A stretch of 33,416 bases of DNA, taken from the NCBI GenBank assembly GCA_002256025.1, contig NKIB01000351.1, positions 1-33,416 on the forward strand, in the 5' to 3' direction. A program made the translations under genes and the position numbers. The stretch is from Asterionella formosa (Eukaryota). The stretch's first letter is position 1, and every line of letters starts with the position of its first letter. The notes beneath the pieces were generated by a model. It was given only the letters and a program-made list of their open reading frames with translations, had not been told where the DNA came from and searched no databases. Shown in pieces: positions 1 to 9,948 of the stretch.

Positions 1-2022
1 TAATTGCCCATCATGAAAAACATATTTTGTTTATTTCATATGCTCCGTTTTTTGACTGCCAAACTAACATAAATATTTTTAATGGCCCCTAGATTTGCCT
101 GCCGAAATGGACTACCGGTTATTTTAGGGAAATGGATTACTGACATTTATTGTTGCCCCTATGGACTGCCGTTTAGTACTTAAGGAAAATGGACTGCCGA
201 CATTGGAAGGGAGTAGGATGAGCTATGAGAAGGCACAAAATAATGGTTTTCTGTAAAGTGTCGATGGCAATTCCACTATTTACATCCCTGCTATCTTCCA
301 GAATGCTCCGATGTATACAAACTCTGTTCATTGATGTCTCAAATACTGAATTGTCATCAAATGAATCTGGCTGGTTGTTGCATGATTCAACTTCTGGTGA
401 CACTTGCTTCATCACAGTGGCGCCGAATTCAGTATTTTCATCAGACATGATTGCTCAGACGTTAAATTTTAGCTATAATGCTTTGGTATATTTTCTACAT
501 GTTCTACAGTATCTCAAATCAGATCTCAGCAGGAAGTTTTAGTGCTCTATTGTTGGCTTTTCCGCTGTTCTAAAATAGCATTATATCCGTTGGTTTTCTA
601 ATCACAATTATCTTTATAACTTCATTATCGAAATCGATGATGACAATGCAAACCAGAAGCCACTTTGTCTGGTACCCTTAAAGAGCTATCAGCTTAAGGT
701 GAGACACAACACCCAAGTGGACAAAAGGAATCATGAAATTGCGCCTGTTGTCTTAGTTGGTTCATTATGATATGTTTTGTTGATTGTTTTTTGGTTGCTT
801 CCATGCGAATTACGGTAATGCCAATAATCAAACTATATTGTTTTCCACATAGAACATATTGATGATGTATATCTTACTCACAATCCAAATATCCAAGGAG
901 CCAGCATCACATTTGATCCTTCCAGCTATAGCTGCAATGTTGTTCCAAATGTATCAAAACAATTCACAAGCAGCAGTGGTATGTTCTGTTGATTGTTGAG
1001 TAGCTTCCTATCATTCATTCTTCTCTGAAACTCAATACCTTTTATAATTTACTCCTGTTCACATTGTCAAACAAGAATCGCCAGTCGGATTTGTTATTTC
1101 CACCAGTCAAAGCAGCAACTGAAAGATTTCCAAAAAAAGGAATCACTAGCTAGGCTATGAGCTTAATCATTCACGCCAACAACATGACATTCAATGTACT
1201 ACCATGCTCCAATGCCACACCACGCCCAACGTAATTGACAAGGCAGGTTGATTTTCATTGGCCATACTTTAATTTCTTCTGAGTGAAACCCCATCACTGC
1301 ACACAATCAAACTTTCCACCATGATGTTGATCTTGATCCCTTTCCTTGAAAATTCAGCCATTCGGGCGGGTCATCTTTCACGTTCTCCTACAATATAGTA
1401 ACATCACACCAAACTCACGCTGCCACTGTTTATAATCACGCCGGTGCTGCTTGCTTTCTCCACAACCACCACAAGTCACAGTTCTTCCAGCACCATTGGC
1501 TCCCGGGCCGCTTTGACTATTGGGTTCGGCTTCTCCAGGCCTGATTGAACATTTCATTTATTTGCTTCGACTACATGAAAGAAGTGTAAGTTGGCGATTG
1601 CTGGCTGATGAACATGCATTGACAATTTCTCAAACGAATTTCCCACTAACTCAATTTCTTTTTGACTATTTATTCTACTCCTTGATTGTCATTGTTGCTT
1701 CTTATCTTTTGATTTCTGTTTCATGCTTTGGTTGCTTAAAAATATCATCTCGAATTTTTCGATGCTTGTTACAATAATTCTTGGGTGACTATTTTTCATG
1801 CATATTTGGGGCTCCATCCAATTTTGATGTGGCTGCTTTCGCATGAAAATTCTTCTAATTACGTTGCTTGATGGTCCCTGCTCAAACCTAAAATCGGACT
1901 GCCGAAAAATCCACTGTGTCCCTATATTGCTCCTAAATAAAAATTACTTAAAGATCCCAAAAATTTCTTAGATACCCACAGTTCTCATCGATAAGTAAGA
2001 CGATAGCTAGGGTGGGGATTGC
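1..2022 (-). mobile_element. Degenerate non-autonomous TIR DNA transposon (MULE-like family, copy 1; other end runs off the window start)
   Basis: The right end reads GCAATCCCCACCCTAGCTATCGTC on the minus strand, matching the termini of the copy at 18749..20682. Bases 1-45 (attgcccatcat..aaaa.atattttg..tatttcatatg) match the reverse complement of ~20490-20532. Bases 395-2008 align in inverted orientation with 6978-8277. The minus strand at ~1423-1480 reads TVTCGGCGESKQHRRDYKQW, a decayed zinc knuckle like those at transposase C-termini. The superfamily call is inference. Confidence 0.7.
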
Positions 2023-2374
2023 TAACACAGAGTCAAGGTAATTCTATCACAGAGGACGGCTGAGGAAATAAGCCATCGCCTAATAGGCCTGGCACTGCTG
2101 GACTTGAAAGTGTTATGGAAACTGTGGTAGATAATTGAAGAAAAGTAACTTAAATGAAGGCTTGTAGAATCTATGTTTCGAAATAAAGCGAGCTAAATGT
2201 TAAATGATAAAAGTAGAAGCTAGGAGTTGTCGCCAGTTAACAACAGTCAAGTTGGAGAGACAGGAAATTATTAATAGTGGCTGGAGTTACCACGATGGAC
2301 ATGACTGTTGTGGGACCAGAACTTGTTAATAGGGAAGTAACCATGATGGACAGCAGGAAACTAGTAAAAGAGGA

Positions 2375-2710
2375 GAATATGGGGGGCACGTCGAATTTTT
2401 CGGGATTAAAATTGCAGATTTTGGCATCACAGACAGAAAAACGGTTATAATCAGAGCGAGAAATGGTAAAACAAGTATCAAACACATGAGAATGATTGTA
2501 ACATATAATATCGCTCAATGAAAATTGAACATGATGTTTGGAGCAACCAAAGTATGATATACAATATAATAGGTACTAGAATCATGCGAGAAATAAATAA
2601 AATTGTTTTGGGTTAGAAATTGAGTAAAAAATATCAGTTTCCATGAAGACAATATGCATTGTAATAGAACTTACCCAAGCAAAGCAGAATTGACATTCCA
2701 TCACACAACT
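2375..2710 (+). repeat. Fragment of the same TIR-element family (subterminal region)
   Basis: Aligns with 18843-19170 (e.g. gagaatgattgtaacat...aaaattgaacatgatgtttggagcaaccaaagtatga...aaattgttttgggttagaaat). Confidence 0.7.
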
Positions 2711-3511
2711 AAGGACAAAATACCATAGAAATAGAAAAGGAACAGAAACCCTGAACCCAATTGAGATATGTATTGTACTAGTATGATAGAGTAGCTGATA
2801 TGATCATTGCACCTGATAGTAGAATTATCACTTATTATCAGATACTAGGTGATCTAGTAGATAGGGGAACTAAAATAGCAGCTCATATATTCTAAAACAA
2901 TAACAGCTTTCTTGTTTACCCTCACCAGTAGACTGTTGAGTATAGAGCACCCCAGAAGATTGACAATAGTTGAATGTCACTAATTTGATGCCGAAAGCGT
3001 GGTCCATATAAAAATGCTCCTCAATGCAGAAATGCATGCTGAACACTGTGCAAGGAATTACTATTAGTCAAGTGATGTTACTCTCTCAGGGAATCTTCTG
3101 ACAGTCTAGGTTTTTCACATGCCACAGTGTCTCAATGACCTCAGGTGCTTTGACTTAAACTATTCCACTCACTACTATGATACAGCAGTAACAGTGGTGT
3201 GATGAGTGTCCATCATAGCGTGTTGTGTTGGATGTTTTAACTTTTTGTTAGTTTGGCCCTACAATCAAATTTTTAAAAAAGCCAATGATGTAATAGTCCA
3301 CTCTATCTACAGTGCCTGGTAGTGCTATCAGTAAATGCAAGTAGTTTGTTATCTTGGAACTTTAGATGCGATTATCTGTTGAAGAAAAAAGGGAGTGACT
3401 ACTGGTCGTAGTAGTTTCTTTGATTTCGTATTTTCTCTGAGTGCACCAAGCAGTGTTAGATGACTTTGAACACAGTTTCTAACAGGCAAGCTTATATGTA
3501 GTTGTTACAAA

Positions 3512-3620
3512 GAAGGAATGGCTCAGTGGTTTAGCACGTTGCCTTTGATCTGAGGTTGTGAGGTTCGATTCCCGCAATTTTTTGAGAAGCAATTGTTGGG
3601 TTCGACTCCCTCACTCCTAA
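3512..3620 (+). ncRNA. tRNA-derived Pol III head (SINE head or tRNA pseudogene)
   Basis: A-box TGGCTCAGTGG at 3519-3529, B-box GGTTCGATTCC at 3562-3572, T6 at 3578-3583 and a second B-box GGTTCGACTCC at 3599-3609. It does not fold into a complete cloverleaf. Confidence 0.55.
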
Positions 3621-3859
3621 CCGTCCTGCACGGGACTCGCCTTGTGTGCAAGAAATAGTGGGTTGCCCCCCTACAAGCAGCTTGTGCCGCCGTCCTAGGT
3701 GGTCGGAGTTTCCCCTAACGCTGCAGCTAAGACAATCACCTTTCGCGAAAGGTGGTTGGGGACTCACCTATGCTAACAAAACTAGGGAAGCACAGATCTT
3801 GTTGGCAGGTAACACAATGAAAGACTTGCCCAGAAATAGGGGAGTACAAATGCTAGCCT

Positions 3860-4041
3860 NNNNNNNNNNNNNNNNNNNNNNNNNNNNNNNNNNNNNNNNN
3901 NNNNNNNNNNNNNNNNNNNNNNNNNNNNNNNNNNNNNNNNNNNNNNNNNNNNNNNNNNNNNNNNNNNNNNNNNNNNNNNNNNNNNNNNNNNNNNNNNNNN
4001 NNNNNNNNNNNNNNNNNNNNNNNNNNNNNNNNNNNNNNNNN
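3860..4041. other. Assembly gap (182 N)
   Basis: Run of n. Both flanks carry AATGCTAGC, so the gap may hide an overlap or a repeat. Confidence 0.99.
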
Positions 4042-4371
4042 AATGCTAGCTCAGCCCTAAAGAAGACAGGCATGTGGCTTTACTTGAAGTTGTAGGCATG
4101 TTATTGAAGCAATGGGTCCAGTACTACGAGAATCTATGAAAGCTTACTAGTGCTGCGAGGACACTTGCACAACTTTTATCAATCTACATGTAAGAGGATG
4201 CAGGATCCACTATTTTTTATGGTTTTCACCCTGAAACATTTTATGTGGGCTAAAACAGGAAGATGTTTCCATAAGACTAGTGAACCAAAATGATTGAGGG
4301 GCGTTTGCAGGAAGTATAGAATCCAAAAAACAAAATTATAGTAAAAATTATTGTGAAAACTCTCAAATTGA

Positions 4372-4650
4372 GCTGTGCTGCCTCCCCACACTCCAACGAA
4401 AATGGTGGTAAGGCCAAAAAACCAAAAAAATTATGTAACATGTAGCATCATAATCACCGTCATTCCTGCGCTGTTCTCGCTGGTTATGATGATAATCATT
4501 GGGGTCATGCTTTGGGCTGCCTCTCCACACACTCCAACCACAACCGCAGTTAGGCTTAAAAGCAAAAATTATCTAAAATGCATCATCATAATCACCAACA
4601 CTCTTGCGCTGTTCTCGCTGGTTTTGATGGTATTCATTGGGGTAATATGC
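4372..4650. repeat. Diverged ~140-bp tandem duplication covering the AMT C-terminal codons and 3' UTR
   Basis: gctgcctccccacactccaac...aaaaattat...catcataatcacc...tgcgctgttctcgctggtt.tgatg.ta.tcattggggt occurs at ~4377-4506 and again at ~4515-4644. Confidence 0.8.
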
Positions 4651-6404
4651 ATTGGGATCATGATCGTTTGACGAGTTTGGAGTATCAATATTGCGATCGT
4701 CTCCGCCTGCATCATATGCGTTAGAATAGCATTCGTCATCACCGATGTCCACCATTGCGTCAGTTGGTGAAGAATCAGTCTTTCTTCCACGCTTTCGATT
4801 AAAAGCTTCGATATATTCGAGTTTAACTTCGTCGTGGCCATTAGTCATTCCACCGTGGTAACTAATATCCAAACCAACCAATTCTTCAAGCGAATCGGAA
4901 CGGAACCATCCCATGTAGTTGAGCCAAATAAAAAATGGAAAAAGCAAAAAGAAAACCCACCCAGAAATGAACAAAATCCCGCAAATTTGACAAGCCAACA
5001 ATCGGGCGTTAGAAGAACCCTCAGAAAGTTCGTAAAACCATCCAAAAGAAGATGGGGCACGTCCGTAAGCAGCCTCCAGATTACCCGGCGTTGCGAAAAG
5101 ACCAACAGCGAGACAACCCCATATTCCTGAAAAAAGATGTACGGGAATGGCATCCACAGCATCATCGATTTTCACCTTGAGTAAGAATTCACTACCGAAC
5201 ATGTAGAGCCATCCAGCTATAATGCCAATGACAACAGCAGCCCAGGGCTCCACAGCATGGCATCCAGCCGTGATTGCAACAAGGCCTCCCAAACATCCGT
5301 TCATCAACATCAATATATCGAAATGAGCTTCACCCGTTCGACGCTCCATGATCCAGAGGTTTGTAAAAAGTGCGCTGACACCGCCTGACGCAGCTGATAA
5401 GGTTGTATTGACTGCACAAAGGGCACCAACTGCACCCTTGTTGATGCCTACTAGGGTAAGGGCTGAACCAGGGTTGAACCCATACCATCCAAACCACAAA
5501 ATAAAAGTACCCAACATCTAGTAGCGCGGAAGTGTGAACTATTAGTGAACAATCCATTCTTGATTCAAGCAATACTTCTCTGCCAACGTACCTGCAGCGC
5601 GACTGAGTGCCCAGGGAATGGCTTCGGTTTGGGCAAGGGATTGCCGCGGGCATCGTAGAAACGTCCTTTACGGGGTCCAAGGATCATAGTAGCAAATACA
5701 GCCGTCGAACCTCCTGTGATATGCACAACGCCTGATCCAGCAAAGTCAATCATACCAATCCCGAGAAAAGGGTCAACGTTATATGTAGAGAGAAAGCCAT
5801 TGCTTGACCAGATCGCATGAGCAACGATGGGATAGACAAAACCAGTCAAGACAACAGAGTAGCATAAGTAAGCAGCCATCTGACATCTCTCAGCAAGGGT
5901 GCCTGCGACAATGGTGCAAGAAGTCGCCGCGAATGCTACGCCAATCAGAAGGGTGAGCACCTGCATGTACTTGAACAGGTCATGTCTCAGAAAACTAGTG
6001 ATAGCAAACCTGCACTTACCAAACTGAAACATCCACGCGGCATAGTCGTCGATGCCATCCATAAAGAAATACGTTGTCCCAATGAAAGTAGTACCGTCCC
6101 CTGTCCCACCAAAAGCAAAGGCATAGCCGACAGTGAAAAAACCCAAGGCAGCACCGCAAGCATCAAGAAGGTTCTTAAGCATGGTATTGCCAACATTCTT
6201 CAAGCGAACAGATCCAGCACAAAGCATGGCAAATCCTGCTTGCATGAAAAAGATAAGAGCACTGGCAAGAATCAGCAACCAAGCGTTGGCATCCTTGGCG
6301 CTGTCGATCTGCCCTTGCTGAAGTGAATCCGACACACACTGAAGCATCGCTGCAGAATCGGGGTTTTGACAAGCCTTGTAGATTGTGCCCGTTGTTTCAC
6401 TCAT
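4573..6404 (-). CDS. AMT1: Ammonium transporter, AMT1 family (3 exons: 6404-6020, 5935-5592, 5517-4573; ~557 aa)
   Basis: Motifs FFMQAGFAMLCAGSVRLKN, FQFAFAATSCTIVAGTLAER, DFAGSGVVHITGG, ILWFGWYGFNPGS, NGCLGGLVAITAG and KIDDAVDAIPVH (both pore His present). GT-AG introns 6019-5936 (84 bp) and 5591-5518 (74 bp) join the exons in frame. Confidence 0.97.
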
Positions 6405-6977
6405 TGTTGCGCAACACTTGTCACGGATGTAACCAGCTAGTGGGGGGTGTTAGGGATGCGATGATTTTCGTTTCTCTTTTTTTTCTGAATGCTTCTGTGC
6501 TTATCTTATCATTACAAATGGTACATTTATGATTACCGGTATCAGGTGCATTTGTGTTGTAGCCTCGATGTGGGTACACAACTGCCGGTATGAACACATG
6601 TTAGTTTCGAACCACTGATGGGGGGGAAGGGATAATTATTTGTCTGTCACTCGCCATCATATGTACTTAAAATCGTTCATGTACAAAAACCGGAACCAAC
6701 CGCGGCACATGTCGATAAATTTAAGATTTATGTCCCCGGATTGATGCTGTCTGGGATATGTACTTACCACGTACCTGGTTCCTGGTGCTGGTAAACATGT
6801 AGTTTGTGACCTCAGCTGTACCTGATGGTTACCTGGAATACCATCTGTTACCTGGTACTGGTACAATATCATAACAACTGATGCCGACTCAGGAACGGAA
6901 GAAGGTACACGGTACTCCCAGTTAAAAACTGTAGTAAGCCACCGTCATTAAATTCCGTCTTCCGACTGAAAATATTT

Positions 6978-8277
6978 CAGCCATCGTCTTGCTCTTCGAT
7001 GAGAACTGTGGGTGTCTAAGTAATTTGGGTATCTCTAAGTAATTCTTATTTAGGGGCAATTGTTTATGGGCACAGTGGCAGTCCAATTTTAGGTTTGAGC
7101 AGGACCATTGAGCAACATTAGGAGTAGACTATCCATGGGAAGAAGTTTAGATGCATAAAAATCAAGCAATAGATGCCACATTAAAAATGCATGGACCATA
7201 AAATGCTGGTACTGGTATATGCATGAAAAAAACATTAGAATGATTGTAATTAGAATCGAAAAATTCGAGATGATGTTTTTAAGCAACTTACGTATGAAAT
7301 GTAAAATCAAAAGATAAGAAGCAATAACGACAAAAGCAGGGAGTAGAATAAATAGTGAAAAAGAAATTGAGTTAGTGGAAAATTCGTGTGAAAAATTGCC
7401 AATACATGTACATCAACAATATGACAATCAACCTGACTTGTCAATTGCATTGGGTGTGGTGTGGCATTGGAACATTGTATATTGCAAGTCTTGTTAGCGC
7501 AAATGATATAGATCATAATGATTCCAATATTGTTTTGGAATCATTCAGTTGCTGCTTTGCCTGGTGGAATATTCGGACCTGACAAATCTTGTTCGATAAT
7601 GTGAATGGGAGTAATTACAAAAAGCATTGAGTTTCAGAGAAAGTGAATGGAAGAAAGCATATGCAACGATCAACAGAACATGCCACTGCTTGTGAATCGT
7701 TTCGAGACATTAGGAACATTGCAGCTATAGTAGCTGGAAGGATCAAATGTGATGCTGGCTGGCTCCTTGGATGGTCTATTTGGATTGTGAGTACGATATA
7801 AATCATCGAGATGTTCGTTGTGGAAAAAAATATAGCTATAGTTTAATTATTGGCATTACTGTAATCGCATGGAAGCGACCAAACAACAATCAACAGGAGA
7901 ACATGTCATAATGAACCAACCAAGACAACAGGCACAGTTTCATGATTCCTCTTGTCCACTTGGGCGTTGTTTCTCACCTCAAGCTGATAGCTCTTTTAGG
8001 GTACCAGAAGTGGCTTCTGTTCCTCGTTGTCATTGTCGATTTATGATAATGAAGTGATAATAATAATTGTGATGAGATAACCTACAGAAATAATGCTATT
8101 TTAGAACAGCGGAAAAAGCCAACAATTAAGCACTAAAGCTTGCTGCCAAAATCTGATTTGAGATATTGTAGGACACTTTGAAAATATACCAAAGCAGTGT
8201 AGTTAAAATTTAACGGCTGATCATATCTGACGAAAATACCTAAATTTGGCGTCACTGCGACGAAGTAAGTATCACCA
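6978..8277 (+). mobile_element. Copy 2 of the MULE-like family, inverted relative to copy 1, internally deleted and truncated
   Basis: Reverse-complement match to 395-2008 (e.g. 7860-8135 vs 541-815, high similarity by eye). It lacks the ~1260-1595 segment that carries the zinc-knuckle remnant. Confidence 0.8.
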
Positions 8278-8614
8278 ATACAACATACACTATCTAAAAT
8301 GTGTTTTCAATATTAACTGAAAGGGCAATTTAGTGGCGAAAAGCGTGCCGATAGCAAGGTTGTGAATTGCCTAGTCAAGACCCAACTTGGGAGGAGTCTG
8401 CCTTCTAGCAATCTTGTGTACTCGACTTGGGAGGCCCTTGCAGCAGGTTGACCGAATGAGCGGTTCCCCCAGCGCTGCAAGAACGTCAACCTACTTGTGC
8501 CTCTCAAGCCTCAAACACAAGAATATTTGCAGGCAGGCAGTCTCCACCCTCGGTCTTGTCTTACCTTCAGTGCTCCTACATAAGTGTATTTTAGAAGATA
8601 CACTCTATTTAACG

Positions 8615-8905
8615 AAAGTACCGTGTATTGGCAATTTTTGGCATGTTTTCAACCGGTTTTCGTCCTCCAAATCCAGACATACCGTCTATTGGGCGTCACA
8701 ATGTTTTCCAATAAAGAGAAGGTAAGTCATTTGAATTTTTTCAATAAAATGTGATATACCATTCCTATACAAGGTGAATTGAAAGGTTGGAATGCCAATT
8801 CCAATACAAGGTGAAAACATATCCAGGTATCACCCCAATTCAATGTGTTCCTTTATTTGTCATGAGAATATCATCCAATACAAGGGAATTCTCTGTATTG
8901 GGCTC
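8615..8905. repeat. Cluster of CCAATAC/GTATTGG motifs in both orientations; probable subterminal array of another transposon
   Basis: ccgtgtattggc, ccgtctattggg, cctatacaaggtgaa, ccaatacaaggtgaa and ccaatacaagggaattctctgtattgg occur within 300 bp. Confidence 0.4.
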
Positions 8906-9948
8906 TTTTTAATTCCGAATGCAGGGTGGCAACATTATACCAGCAGTATGCATCAATGACATGATTGGTGAGAAAAGTACGAGTACACCAAGTACTGGAA
9001 GCCATATCATTCTACACCCGGTAAATTTGTGATACTTTACATACCAGCAAGTTGCAGTCATCTTCCTGAAAAGGACAATGTGTTGCCGCACAGGTGCTAA
9101 TTTCATCATATGTAGAGAGCAACTTCAATTGGTAGCATGATTCATGGTCAAGACACTTTATTCGTATTCAGCAAGTTCTAAACTTAGAACGAAATTCTTA
9201 TTTTTATTCTGAAAAGACAGTTTCCTCAATTTGTTCATCCATCAGTAAGTCCTAGTAGCTGTATTTAGCAAATCCAAGTTGTATTCAGTGACTGCATCTG
9301 CAAATCATTATCGGTCAATAACAGTAAAGGGTTCCTAAATTACTTATATGAATATTGAAAATCCCCCATCTCACCTCTGGCAGGCATGAAACAGATCATC
9401 AGGAGTGATTTGAAACTGGAAAGGTGTGCATAAAATGAGTTTTACTGGATCATCTTGGGCTTGTTTGCATGTTGAAATGTGAGGCCATGGACGTAGCTCA
9501 GCATTATATCTCCAATGAGCCATCATAAGCTGCATTGAGCAACTGTTCCCACATTAGCAGCTCTTTTGCATCCCTGCCTAAGTTGCCAGATCTAATGATT
9601 CTTATATCTTGAATTGGTCAGGATCATTGCTTTACTATTCAGGAATGCTAAAGATGAAGTTAGTGAGGGAAAATTAATCTGGTCAGTAATAAGAGAATTT
9701 AACAACAGTAAAAGGTGATGTTCTCATCCTCACTAGTTCTGGTGCTGGTATGCATGCATTGAATGTTCTTTTTACCACTAAAAATTCCACAATTAAGACA
9801 CAATCAGAATAGGACCTCTCCAGAAAAATAAAGTTCCAGAAACCCTTTTAAGATCAAGTCTCATGCAGTGCACATTTGGGGAGGAACTTCATCCATGAGC
9901 ACAACTTTTCCATTCAATGAATGCAGGCTTAGAACGGTGCCTCGTTAA

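Noticed and set aside
3512..3583. Functional tRNA gene
   Set aside because: The anticodon and acceptor stems do not pair.
3646..4095. ORFs spanning 3646-4095 and 3768-4073
   Set aside because: Artefacts of reading through the N gap.
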